This document shows positions 20,613 through 29,236 of a stretch of DNA of 32,000 nucleotides, in pieces. The stretch spans positions 20,294-52,293 of the forward strand of contig JAFWNF010000002.1 in NCBI GenBank assembly GCA_017510445.1, given 5' to 3'. Source of the stretch: Candidatus Saccharimonadota bacterium. GTDB lineage: Bacteria; Patescibacteriota; Saccharimonadia; Saccharimonadales; Saccharimonadaceae. The translations under genes were made by a program, and so were the position numbers. Every line of letters starts with the position of its first letter. The stretch's first letter is position 1. The notes beneath the pieces were generated by a model. That model was not told where the DNA came from. It searched no databases and saw only the letters and a list, made by a program, of their open reading frames with translations.

Positions 20613-21896
20613 TTAAATAAATGGATTTCTGAGTCCCAGTCGAGAATTGTTATCTGCAATACGAATTAACTCGTTATATTTACAAATTCTCTCTGAGCGC
20701 GAGAGCGAGCCAGTTTTAATTTGACCAGCGCCAAGTCCGACTGCAATGTGTGCAATCGAAGTATCTTCAGTTTCACCAGAACGGTGCGAAATAATGGTTC
20801 TATAATTATTCCTTTTTGCCAACATTACTGCCTCAATTGTTTCGGAAAGTGTGCCGATTTGATTTGGTTTAACAAGGATAGCGTTCCCAACCTTTTCATC
20901 AATGCCTTTTTTGAGCAACTTTGTGTTTGTTACGAAGAGATCATCACCAACAAGTTGAATTCTGTCGCCAAGTCTTTCGGTTAATCGCTTCCAGCCTTCC
21001 CAATCTTTCTCACCTAAACCATCTTCAATCGAAGCGACGGAATAATTGTTAATAATCCAATCATACCAGTTGATCAAATCGTCTGAAGATTTCCAATCGC
21101 CGTTGGTTTTTAGTTCATAATGACCGTCTTTATAGAATTCGCTTGATGCGATATCCATTGCGAGCGAAAAATCTTTTCCGAATTCATACCCCGCTTTTTC
21201 GATTGCGAGTTTGATGCATTCCAAAGGTTCATTATTTCCATCGCGAACTTTTGGTGCATAGCCACCTTCGTCGCCGACGGTTGTTGGATAATCTCGTTCT
21301 TTCAAAACATCTTTGAGTGCATGGAACACTTCTGCTCCCATTCTTACAGCATCAGCAATATTTCCGGCGCTTAATGGCATGATCATATATTCCTGAAAAT
21401 CTGTTGCCCAAGAAGCATGTGCGCCACCGTTCATTACGTTCATCATTGGCATCGGAATTGACATCTCATCAGTTGTCCCAGCAAGAAGGGAAATATAGTA
21501 GTAAAACGGTATTTTGTTAGCGTTTGCCATAGCTTTTGCTGTTGCAAGCGAAACTGCAAGAATTGCATTTGCACCGAGATTGGTTTTGCCGTCAGTTCCA
21601 TCTAAATCTAGCATTAAACGATCAATATTCTCTTGCTCGGCAGAATTTCCAACGAGTACATCTTTAATCTTCGAGTTTACATTCCACACGGCTTTTAAAA
21701 CGCCTTTGCCATTGTAAAAAGCTTTGTCGCCATCGCGAAGTTCAAGTGCTTCGCCTTCACCAGTTGATGCACCAGATGGGACAATCGCTCTTCCGCTTGA
21801 GCCGTCATTTAAAATTACATTTGCTTCTACGGTTGGGTTCCCGCGCGAATCGAGAACTTGCCTCGCTTTTATGTTTTGAATCGTAAAATTATCCAT
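20613..21896 (-). CDS. eno: Enolase (phosphopyruvate hydratase)
   Basis: [92 protein letters not shown]. Third codon (21896) preferred as start because TATAAT lies directly over the first one. Confidence 0.96.
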   Translation of the reverse strand: MDNFTIQNIKARQVLDSRGNPTVEANVILNDGSSGRAIVPSGASTGEGEALELRDGDKAFYNGKGVLKAVWNVNSKIKDVLVGNSAEQENIDRLMLDLDGTDGKTNLGANAILAVSLATAKAMANANKIPFYYYISLLAGTTDEMSIPMPMMNVMNGGAHASWATDFQEYMIMPLSAGNIADAVRMGAEVFHALKDVLKERDYPTTVGDEGGYAPKVRDGNNEPLECIKLAIEKAGYEFGKDFSLAMDIASSEFYKDGHYELKTNGDWKSSDDLINWYDWIINNYSVASIEDGLGEKDWEGWKRLTERLGDRIQLVGDDLFVTNTKLLKKGIDEKVGNAILVKPNQIGTLSETIEAVMLAKRNNYRTIISHRSGETEDTSIAHIAVGLGAGQIKTGSLSRSERICKYNELIRIADNNSRLGLRNPFI

Positions 21897-21942
21897 AAGC
21901 ATATTATAGCATTTTTAGAAAAATAATGGAAAGTTCTCGAGA

Positions 21943-21970
21943 TTGACTGATGGAAAATATGTGGCATAAT
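21943..21970 (+). promoter_or_regulatory. uvrC promoter, possibly leaderless
   Basis: TTGACT-N16-CATAAT-N6-ATG(21977). Confidence 0.6.
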
Positions 21971-21976
21971 TAAAGA

Positions 21977-23248
21977 ATGAATCCAAATCTGCCAGCAAAA
22001 TTAAAAACTTTACCTTCTGCTCCAGGTGTCTATTTTCATAAAGACAAAACTGGGGAAATAATCTATGTTGGCAAAGCTGCAGTTCTTAAAAATCGCGTAC
22101 GTAGTTATTTCAGAAACGACAAAGACCGTGACGCTAAAACGACAGCTTTAGTTTCAGAAATTTTTGATACAGAATGGATTGTTGTCGATACGGAAATGGA
22201 TGCGCTCTTTTTAGAATCAGAAATGATTAAACGCTATAAACCAAAATGGAATATTCTTCTTCGCGACGATAAATCTGTTTCTTACGTTAAAATCACGATG
22301 CAAGAAAAAGTACCTTATGTTTCTTTCACGCGCAATCCTCTTGATGACGGAGCGACCTATATTGGGCCGTTTTATGGTAAATCTGCAATTGAAAAATCTC
22401 TGCGTGTACTTCGAAAAATTTTTCCATATTATATTAAGCCTTATGACGGCAAACGCACACTCGACTCAGATCTCGGACTTGCACCAGGGATCGAACTGGA
22501 AAAAACGACTCCACGCAAATACAAAAACAATTTGAAGAAATTGATTCAAGTACTTGAGGGTTCACGCGAGAAATTACTAGATACACTCGAAAAAGAAATG
22601 TATGAAGAATCGGAAAAAGGGAACTTTGAATCCGCCGCGGAAATTCGCAACCAAATTTTTGGTCTTAAAGAATTGAAAAAGAAAATCATTTTTTCCGACA
22701 AAGAATTTCTTAATATTTCTTCCGACCATGCGCTAAAAAACCTCCAGACAATTTTAAACCTAGAAAGACCGCCTCGTCGCATTGAAGGTTACGATATTTC
22801 TCATCAATCTGGCACGAATGTTGTCGCCTCGATGGTTGTTTTTATTAACGGTGCAGCAGACAGGACAGAATATCGTAAATTTAAATTAAAGAACCAGCAA
22901 AACAACGACCCAGAAAGTTTGAAGGAAGTTATTTCCCGTCGCCTGAATCATGAAGAGTGGGAGTTTCCAGATTTAGTTGTTCTAGATGGTGGCGAACTGC
23001 AACTTTCTGCGGTTCTGCCTCTCTTGAAACAAAAGAATATTCCAGTTATTGGACGTGATAAATCTGGCGACCATTCAAAATCTGCGTCAGTAAAGCTTCT
23101 GATTCCTGAAGAAGATGGGACTTTCAAGCAAACTGTTCTGCCTGACGGCTCCCATATTGCTCGCTTAATTGCACGCATAGATGAAGAAGCCCATAGGTTC
23201 GCGATTACCTACCATACCCACTTAAAAAGAAAAATTATGCTGTCTTAA
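21977..23248 (+). CDS. uvrC: UvrC-like excinuclease subunit, strongly reduced (423 aa)
   Basis: GIY-YIG domain (SAPGVYFHKDKTGEIIYVGKAAVLKNRVRSYF), UVR-like helix pair and RNase H-like domain (RRIEGYDISHQSG, VLDGGELQL, LPDGSH, AHRFAITYH). Confidence 0.93.
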   Translation: MNPNLPAKLKTLPSAPGVYFHKDKTGEIIYVGKAAVLKNRVRSYFRNDKDRDAKTTALVSEIFDTEWIVVDTEMDALFLESEMIKRYKPKWNILLRDDKSVSYVKITMQEKVPYVSFTRNPLDDGATYIGPFYGKSAIEKSLRVLRKIFPYYIKPYDGKRTLDSDLGLAPGIELEKTTPRKYKNNLKKLIQVLEGSREKLLDTLEKEMYEESEKGNFESAAEIRNQIFGLKELKKKIIFSDKEFLNISSDHALKNLQTILNLERPPRRIEGYDISHQSGTNVVASMVVFINGAADRTEYRKFKLKNQQNNDPESLKEVISRRLNHEEWEFPDLVVLDGGELQLSAVLPLLKQKNIPVIGRDKSGDHSKSASVKLLIPEEDGTFKQTVLPDGSHIARLIARIDEEAHRFAITYHTHLKRKIMLS

Positions 23249-23250
23249 CC

Positions 23251-23279
23251 TTGCGATTTTTCCCCTCGCGTCATATAAT
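23251..23279 (+). promoter_or_regulatory. secG promoter, likely leaderless
   Basis: TTGCGA-N17-TATAAT-N6-ATG(23286). Confidence 0.65.
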
Positions 23280-23285
23280 AGTTCT

Positions 23286-23510
23286 ATGGAATTAGCAACA
23301 ATTTTTCAAATCACAACTTTAGTATCCGCTATTCTAGTAGTTTTGTTGATTCTTCTTCAACAACGCGGTGCTTCTCTTGGTTCTGGATCCGGAGCTTCCA
23401 GCGAACTTTACACGACTCGTCGTGGCCTAGAAAAATCTATGTTTAACACAACAATCGTATTTTCGCTTGTTCTAGTGTTTTCTATTTTAGGACTTCTAAC
23501 AATCGCATAA
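23286..23510 (+). CDS. secG: Preprotein translocase subunit SecG
   Basis: 74 aa with two TM helices around LLILLQQRGASLGSGSGASSELYTTRRGLEKSMFNTTI. Confidence 0.9.
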   Translation: MELATIFQITTLVSAILVVLLILLQQRGASLGSGSGASSELYTTRRGLEKSMFNTTIVFSLVLVFSILGLLTIA

Positions 23511-23511
23511 T

Positions 23512-25251
23512 ATGACAAACATCATAAAAAAGAGTGGGCAGAAAATCGCAAAAAGGGCATCTCGTTTTTCACGCAAAGCTAGCGAAACGGGAAAAGAGCA
23601 TGTCCGCGAAAATCTCATTAATCGCATTTCGCATATTCGCGACGTGCGACTTCTTGTTCTTGAATGGAGTCTGCTCGTTCTTGTCGTGATTCTTTTAGCT
23701 TCAGTTCAATCTTTTTGGTATTCTGATTCCTATTCCGTTTCGTCTTTTAAAACTGGTGGCACTTACATCGAAGGTGCGCTTGGCAAAGTCAATTCTCTAA
23801 ACCCGCTTTTTGCCTCAACAAATTCCGAGAAGACGTTATCGAAGCTTCTTTTCTCAACGCTCATGGAGAATGATTTTTCTGGCCATGTTGGCGCTGGCCT
23901 TGCAAGATATATCCGTTCTAACGATGCTGGCGACAGCTGGGCAATCATGCTCCGTGACAACTTAAAATGGTCTGATGGCGAACCTTTAACAAATGAAGAT
24001 ATCTTGTTCACTGTAGATCTAATTCAAAATCCGAAAGTCTCATCTAACTATTCCCAAATCCTTTCTGGCGTTGAGGTATCGGAATCTGCAACTGGAGAAA
24101 TCGTCTTTAAATTATCAGCTTCCTACGCCGATTTTGATACGGTTTTAAACTTCCCAATCCTTCCAAAACACGTTTTAGCTGATACCGATCCGGCTTTACT
24201 TCTCGAATCTGACTTTTCGAAAAAACCAGTTTCATCTGGCGCGTTTAGTTTTAACGCTACCCAGACAATTGGTTCCGAAGGTGAATCAGTTGTTTATCTA
24301 ATAGCCAATGAAAATTATTATAAAGGGAAGCCGTTTCTTGTTAACTTTGCAATCCATGCATTTCTTGATAAAGAAGCTATTATTACAGCAATAAACTCTG
24401 GCACAATCACGGCGACAGCTGAGTTGTCGTCTAAAGATGGCGAAAAAATAACTTCAAAAAGTGTTAACGAGCTCCAAACGACAGTTAATTCCGGAGCGTT
24501 TGCATTTCTCAACACAAAGTCCCAACTTCTTTCAAATGTAGAAGTAAGGCGAGCAATTCAAAAAGGAATAGATGTCCAAAAAATTCGTGAAAATGCAAAA
24601 TCATCGATTCCGCTTAATCACCCGATCCTACATAGTCAAGTCGATTCGTTAAACTGGCAAAAGCTTCCTGATCTTGATGTCGATTCCGCGAAAGAGGCGA
24701 TTAATAAAGCCGGGATAAATTCCGAATCAGAACCACTTTCCATCGTCACAATCAACGAAGGAAATTTGCCAGAAGTTGCCGAATCTCTTTCCGAACAATT
24801 GCGCGAGCTTGGTTTTAATGTGAATATGATTGCTTACGATTATTCTCAGGAATTTATATCTAATGTCATTAACACTCGTAGCTATGATATTTTTGTCTAT
24901 GAAGTTGAGCTTGGTCCTGTGCCTGAGCTTTTCTCTTATTATCATTCTTCCCAAACAGGCTCATCTGGTTTGAATTTTAGCAACTATAACAATACTATTA
25001 CCGACGATATTATTCTTGCCTCTCGTGAAACGACCGACCAAACCTTGAGAAACGCAAAGTTCGAATCGTTCATCAAAAACTGGATTTCTGACGTTCCGGC
25101 GATCGCCTTATACCAACCGACAACGTCATACTTCTACAATAAAAGCGTTCGCACTTTTTCCGAAGACTTAGACTTAGTGGTCCAAACCGACAGGTTCGAT
25201 GATGTTATCTATTGGGCTACTGAAAAAACTTCCTTGAACAGAACTCCATAG
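23512..25251 (+). CDS. Family 5 (oligopeptide-type) extracellular solute-binding protein, N-terminal TM anchored
   Basis: GGTYIEGALGKVNSLNPLFASTNSEKTLSKLLFSTLMEND...WAIMLRDNLKWSDGEPLTNEDILFTVDLIQN. Cytoplasmic basic N-terminus plus one TM. Confidence 0.88.
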   Translation: MTNIIKKSGQKIAKRASRFSRKASETGKEHVRENLINRISHIRDVRLLVLEWSLLVLVVILLASVQSFWYSDSYSVSSFKTGGTYIEGALGKVNSLNPLFASTNSEKTLSKLLFSTLMENDFSGHVGAGLARYIRSNDAGDSWAIMLRDNLKWSDGEPLTNEDILFTVDLIQNPKVSSNYSQILSGVEVSESATGEIVFKLSASYADFDTVLNFPILPKHVLADTDPALLLESDFSKKPVSSGAFSFNATQTIGSEGESVVYLIANENYYKGKPFLVNFAIHAFLDKEAIITAINSGTITATAELSSKDGEKITSKSVNELQTTVNSGAFAFLNTKSQLLSNVEVRRAIQKGIDVQKIRENAKSSIPLNHPILHSQVDSLNWQKLPDLDVDSAKEAINKAGINSESEPLSIVTINEGNLPEVAESLSEQLRELGFNVNMIAYDYSQEFISNVINTRSYDIFVYEVELGPVPELFSYYHSSQTGSSGLNFSNYNNTITDDIILASRETTDQTLRNAKFESFIKNWISDVPAIALYQPTTSYFYNKSVRTFSEDLDLVVQTDRFDDVIYWATEKTSLNRTP

Positions 25252-25262
25252 CGTGATATAAT
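25234..25262 (+). promoter_or_regulatory. tRNA-Leu promoter
   Basis: TTGAAC-N17-TATAAT, embedded in the 3' end of the upstream CDS. Confidence 0.65.
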
Positions 25263-25276
25263 ATATGTACCAATTT

Positions 25277-25366
25277 GCGCCTGTGGTGGAATTGGTAGAC
25301 ACGCTACCTTGAGGTGGTAGTGGCCATTTTAGAGCTGTGCTAGTTCGAGTCTAGTCAGGCGCACCA
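25277..25366 (+). tRNA. tRNA-Leu (anticodon GAG), CCA encoded
   Basis: GCGCCTG...CAGGCGC acceptor stem, CTACC-TTGAGGT-GGTAG anticodon arm, long variable arm, canonical TTCGAGT T-loop, ACCA end. Confidence 0.95.
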
Positions 25367-25401
25367 ACCAAAGAACTCCCTTCTGGGAGTTTTTTGGTTG
25401 G
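25364..25401 (+). terminator. Terminator of tRNA-Leu
   Basis: ACTCCC-ttct-GGGAGT-TTTTTT, extendable to CCAACCAAAGAACTCCC/GGGAGTTTTTTGGTTGG. Confidence 0.85.
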
Positions 25402-25432
25402 ATCCTTAGATTAGGTGAGAACGACGCTAAAG

Positions 25433-25981
25433 TTATTCACTAATAGCTCCGGCCTCCCTCATCTCTTTTTCAAGTTCATCAACATCAAAACCATAAAATT
25501 CAGATGGATTTTCAATCTTGACCTTTTCTTCATAATTCATCGCATTTGCGCAATGCGCAGTATTCGGCTTTGATACTGGCTCGAGATATTCTTTATTGCA
25601 TTGAAAATGAAGTCTTCCATCTTGGTATTCTTTAGCGACGACCCCTCCATAAAATTCTTTATCATAATAATAGATTCTAAAATCAAAATATAAATCATCG
25701 TCTTCTGAAAGGCCAATTCCTGTTATCTCAGTAGTAGTGTTTTCATCCCCAGAAAAATTACTACTATAAATATAATCATATGCTAGCGATTCAAAAGCTT
25801 CGAGACGTCGCATTTCTTCGTGAGAAATAACAGACGTTCTCATCAAAAAACACCCAGCAGTTAACGTTATAATTAGTAAGCAAACTAAAACATAAATGAT
25901 ATTTTTCAGTTTCTTTTCTTTCTCACCAGAAACCCTATTATTTATTTTTTTGACTTGGTTTTTTGATTTTTGTTTTGGCAT
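25433..25981 (-). CDS. Small membrane-anchored protein of unknown function
   Basis: 182 aa, basic N-terminus and one TM segment; SD AAGGAG upstream; terminal acidic extracellular region. Confidence 0.7.
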   Translation of the reverse strand: MPKQKSKNQVKKINNRVSGEKEKKLKNIIYVLVCLLIITLTAGCFLMRTSVISHEEMRRLEAFESLAYDYIYSSNFSGDENTTTEITGIGLSEDDDLYFDFRIYYYDKEFYGGVVAKEYQDGRLHFQCNKEYLEPVSKPNTAHCANAMNYEEKVKIENPSEFYGFDVDELEKEMREAGAISE

Positions 25982-26059
25982 AAATTCTCCTTATGCTAAA
26001 AATAACACAAAAATTTATAAAAATCAAATTTTTTCAAAACAAGATGTTATAATCGTCTC

Positions 26060-26974
26060 ATGACAAAAAAGTGGAGGAAAATATTTGGAGTAGTTTTTAG
26101 CGGAATTTTTGCCGTCTTAATTTTCTCACCAGCTTTTGCCGAGGAAGGATCGATTAGAATCTCGCCAGATATTAACAAAGTTGAACTAGGGAATAATGAA
26201 ACCACAAAACAAGAAATCACGCTTGAAAATAATAGCGAAAACGAAGTTTCGTTGAAACTGTCAGTCGCGTCATACATTATTAAAGACGAAAACTATGAGG
26301 TTAGTTTTAATAAAAACGATAAAGATGAATCGAATAATATTATTGATTGGATTGAATTTAAGACAGATGATGAGTATAAAAAAACTTTAGAACTAAGACT
26401 ACAACCGGAAGAAAAAAAGACGATAAAATATAAAATCTCCGCTCCAGAATTTGAAAAAGAACAGCACTGTGTAATCTTCGCTGAATCGGAAGTAGACTCA
26501 GACACGACAGTTCGCCTCGCCTCGCTTCTAATCCTTAGTCCAAAAAATTCAACACCAAGACTCGAAGCCAAAGAGATAAAATCTACTTCTGGATTTTCTA
26601 ACGAGAACATTTTTTCTGAAATCAAAATTGATAACAATGGCGACAAATTTGCCGAAGTAGAAACGAAGTTTTCGGTCGAATCACTATTTGGGAAAGTGAT
26701 AAAAGAAGAGACGCGGACAAATTATATTTTTCCAGGAAAAACTCGCAAAGTTACCTTCGAATGGACGGAAAGTCCAAAATTCGGCATTTTTAAAGTAAAA
26801 ACGTCGGCAAATTCTGAAGAAAAGACTTCGATAGTATTTTTATTGCCATTTCCGGAAGAGTTTTTGCCGATTTTACTATTGACAATTATAATTTTTATGC
26901 CTATAATCAAATCACGAAATCGAAAAGAGTGTGGAGACTCTTTCGATAAAATAAACAAGAAAGAGAAAAAATGA
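26060..26974 (+). CDS. Exported protein with signal peptide, Ig-like/WxL-type domains and C-terminal TM
   Basis: 304 aa; VVFSGIFAVLIFSPAFAEEGSIRISPDINKVELGNNETTKQEITLENNSENEVSLKLSVASY...; C-terminal EFLPILLLTIIIFMPIIKSRNRK. TATAAT-N6-ATG upstream. Confidence 0.8.
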   Translation: MTKKWRKIFGVVFSGIFAVLIFSPAFAEEGSIRISPDINKVELGNNETTKQEITLENNSENEVSLKLSVASYIIKDENYEVSFNKNDKDESNNIIDWIEFKTDDEYKKTLELRLQPEEKKTIKYKISAPEFEKEQHCVIFAESEVDSDTTVRLASLLILSPKNSTPRLEAKEIKSTSGFSNENIFSEIKIDNNGDKFAEVETKFSVESLFGKVIKEETRTNYIFPGKTRKVTFEWTESPKFGIFKVKTSANSEEKTSIVFLLPFPEEFLPILLLTIIIFMPIIKSRNRKECGDSFDKINKKEKK

Positions 26975-27111
26975 AAAAAACACAAAAAAACGCTATAGGA
27001 ATTTTAGGACTCATTTTCGTAATTGCGATGACAGTTTTTGCTTACACTCTTCCTGACCCAGTTGCAGAACCAGCCCGCGAACCGAAAGAAATCGCTTCAA
27101 TCGAACGATAA
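26971..27111 (+). CDS. 46-aa single-TM small protein, translationally coupled to the upstream gene
   Basis: ATGA overlap (26971-26974); MKKTQKNAIGILGLIFVIAMTVFAYTLPDPVAEPAREPKEIASIER*. Not in the ORF track because of its length. Confidence 0.6.
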   Translation: MKKTQKNAIGILGLIFVIAMTVFAYTLPDPVAEPAREPKEIASIER

Positions 27112-27120
27112 GGAATTAAT

Positions 27121-27762
27121 TTATATCCCTGTTTTTTTGATTATTCTTCTGACGTTTTCATTTGTGGGCGAAATGCCCTCTTTTTTTAGTTTTCTGCTCA
27201 TCTCGCGCCCAAGACCTGATTCCTCCTCAGAAAAAACGCACCCACAGTATTTTTGCATATAAAGCCCAGCTTCACGCGCCTCCGTTTGACCCTCTCTCCA
27301 ACCTTCACGAAAATCGCGGTACAAAAAATCGATGCCATATTCTTTCGAAAGACTCTCCATTAAATCCTTAATAATGTCATGCTTTTGATAGATGCTATAA
27401 AGCAGGGTTGTCGAAACTGTGTCAAAACCATTTTCTTTTGCATATTCAAATACTTTTCTGAGCCTTTTTGGGTAGCAATAATTTTTGCAACGATTTCGCA
27501 TAATTTCAACAAAATCTTTGTCGTCCGCATCTTTTAAAACGTTGCACAAAAACTCATCTAGCCCATATTCGTCTTCTAGAATCAGTTTTACTTGTTTTTC
27601 TTCTGCATAAGATTTTAAACAATCGCGTCGTGCTTTGTATTCGAAATATGGTTGGATATTAGGGTTATACCAAAAAAATGTCGGTTCAATTCCTTCTTTC
27701 CGTAGCGTCTTTAGACAATAAACACTGCATGGCGCACAACAAGTATGAAGCAAAAGTTTCAT
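27121..27762 (-). CDS. queH: Epoxyqueuosine reductase QueH (DUF208)
   Basis: MKLLLHTCCAPCSVYC...EPTFFWYNPNIQPYFEYKAR...RCKNYCYPKRLRKVFEYAKENGFDTVSTTLLYSIYQKH...QKYCGCVFSEEE. The track start at 27810 lies upstream; 27762 has TATAAT-N6-ATG. Confidence 0.9.
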   Translation of the reverse strand: MKLLLHTCCAPCSVYCLKTLRKEGIEPTFFWYNPNIQPYFEYKARRDCLKSYAEEKQVKLILEDEYGLDEFLCNVLKDADDKDFVEIMRNRCKNYCYPKRLRKVFEYAKENGFDTVSTTLLYSIYQKHDIIKDLMESLSKEYGIDFLYRDFREGWREGQTEAREAGLYMQKYCGCVFSEEESGLGREMSRKLKKEGISPTNENVRRIIKKTGI

Positions 27763-27803
27763 AAAAAAATTATAACATAAAACAGGGAAGAAAGCTAGAA
27801 ATA

Positions 27804-27832
27804 TTGACAAAATGCTTATGGTATGATATAAT
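27804..27832 (+). promoter_or_regulatory. Perfect consensus promoter upstream of glmM; second TATAAT at 27892-27897
   Basis: TTGACA-N17-TATAAT. Confidence 0.8.
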
Positions 27833-27919
27833 GAAAAGATAGGGCCTTGAAATAGAGACCAAATCTTCTGAATGTCTAAAATAAAAATGGTATAATAAAA
27901 AGGTTACAAAAGGAGGTAA

Positions 27920-29236
27920 ATGAAATATTTCGGTACTGACGGAATTCGCGGAAAAGCAGAAAGATTCACGTCTGATTTTCTTAGTGCAATTGTAAAAGGT
28001 CTAGTCGATTATGCCGGCGAAGATATAAAAGTCCTAATCGGTGGCGATACGCGTGAATCCTCTGAATGGATTTTGGCAGATTTAGAGCGAGCGCTCGAGA
28101 CTTTTGGCATCGAATATGCTAGTGTTGGCGTTCTTTCTACACCAGCAATAAACTATTGTTTTTATGAAATGGGATTTGACTTTGCGATTGATGTGACCGC
28201 TTCTCACAATCCATACACCGACAACGGCATAAAAATTTTTGAACGTGGCCAAAGCTCTGGCCAGAAGCTTTCTGATTCTGGATGTGAAATAATAGAACAA
28301 TCTCTCGATAATATCATAAAAACCGAGCTGGTCTCGTCTACCATTCGCGAAGATCTCCATTTTGAGGCGCTCGAAATCTATAAAACGCACCTAAAAGATT
28401 ATATTGGCGACGTTGACTTGTCAGGTCTAAAAATCGGCCTGGATTGCGCGAACGGCGCTACGAGCGCATTAAATAAAGTCGTTTTTGAAGAATTTGGTGC
28501 GAAGGTGAATCTGATTCATTCTGACGAAAACTATGGCAGAAAAATTAACAAAAACTGTGGTAGTACCCATCTCGAATCTCTTCAAAAACTTGTGAAGGAA
28601 AAGAATCTTGATCTTGGTATTGCGTTTGATGGTGATGGAGACCGTTGTTTGCTTATAGATAGTAAAGGAGAAATTGTCGATGGCGACCAAATTATCGCGA
28701 TTTTGACGAAATTCCTTGGTCTAAATTCTGCTGTTGTTACGGTAATGGCGAACCAAGGCCTAATCAACTGGGCAAAGAAGGAAAAAATTAATCTTGAAAT
28801 TACCTCCGTTGGCGATTCAAATGTTGCACTCGCTATGCGCGAAAAAAATATCGAACTCGGCGGAGAACAATCTGGTCATGTAATTCTTCCAGGCGAATCC
28901 ACTGGCGACGGTATGTTGACTGCACTCTTAGTCTGTAAAGCGGTCGTTAAATCACAAAAATCTTTCGATGAACTTGCGGGGTTTTTCGAAAAGCTCCCTC
29001 AAATCATGATTAACATGGAAGCAACGCCAGCTCAGAAAGAATTGCTAAAAACGAAGGAAGAAGTTAAAAAACTACTGCTCGAATACAATAAAAAAATCGA
29101 ATCAGTATCTGGTCGACTTCTTGTTCGTCCATCTGGCACCGAAAACCTGATTCGAATTACCATGTGGGGAGACGACGATAAGAAAATTGAAAAACTTGCA
29201 AACGGTCTAAAGAAAGAATTGGAGGAATTCTTATGA
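27920..29236 (+). CDS. glmM: Phosphoglucosamine mutase / phosphohexomutase
   Basis: MKYFGTDGIRG, DVTASHNPYTDNGIKIF, IAFDGDGDRCLLID, ELGGEQSGH, RPSGTENLIRITMWGDD. Confidence 0.92.
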   Translation: MKYFGTDGIRGKAERFTSDFLSAIVKGLVDYAGEDIKVLIGGDTRESSEWILADLERALETFGIEYASVGVLSTPAINYCFYEMGFDFAIDVTASHNPYTDNGIKIFERGQSSGQKLSDSGCEIIEQSLDNIIKTELVSSTIREDLHFEALEIYKTHLKDYIGDVDLSGLKIGLDCANGATSALNKVVFEEFGAKVNLIHSDENYGRKINKNCGSTHLESLQKLVKEKNLDLGIAFDGDGDRCLLIDSKGEIVDGDQIIAILTKFLGLNSAVVTVMANQGLINWAKKEKINLEITSVGDSNVALAMREKNIELGGEQSGHVILPGESTGDGMLTALLVCKAVVKSQKSFDELAGFFEKLPQIMINMEATPAQKELLKTKEEVKKLLLEYNKKIESVSGRLLVRPSGTENLIRITMWGDDDKKIEKLANGLKKELEEFL

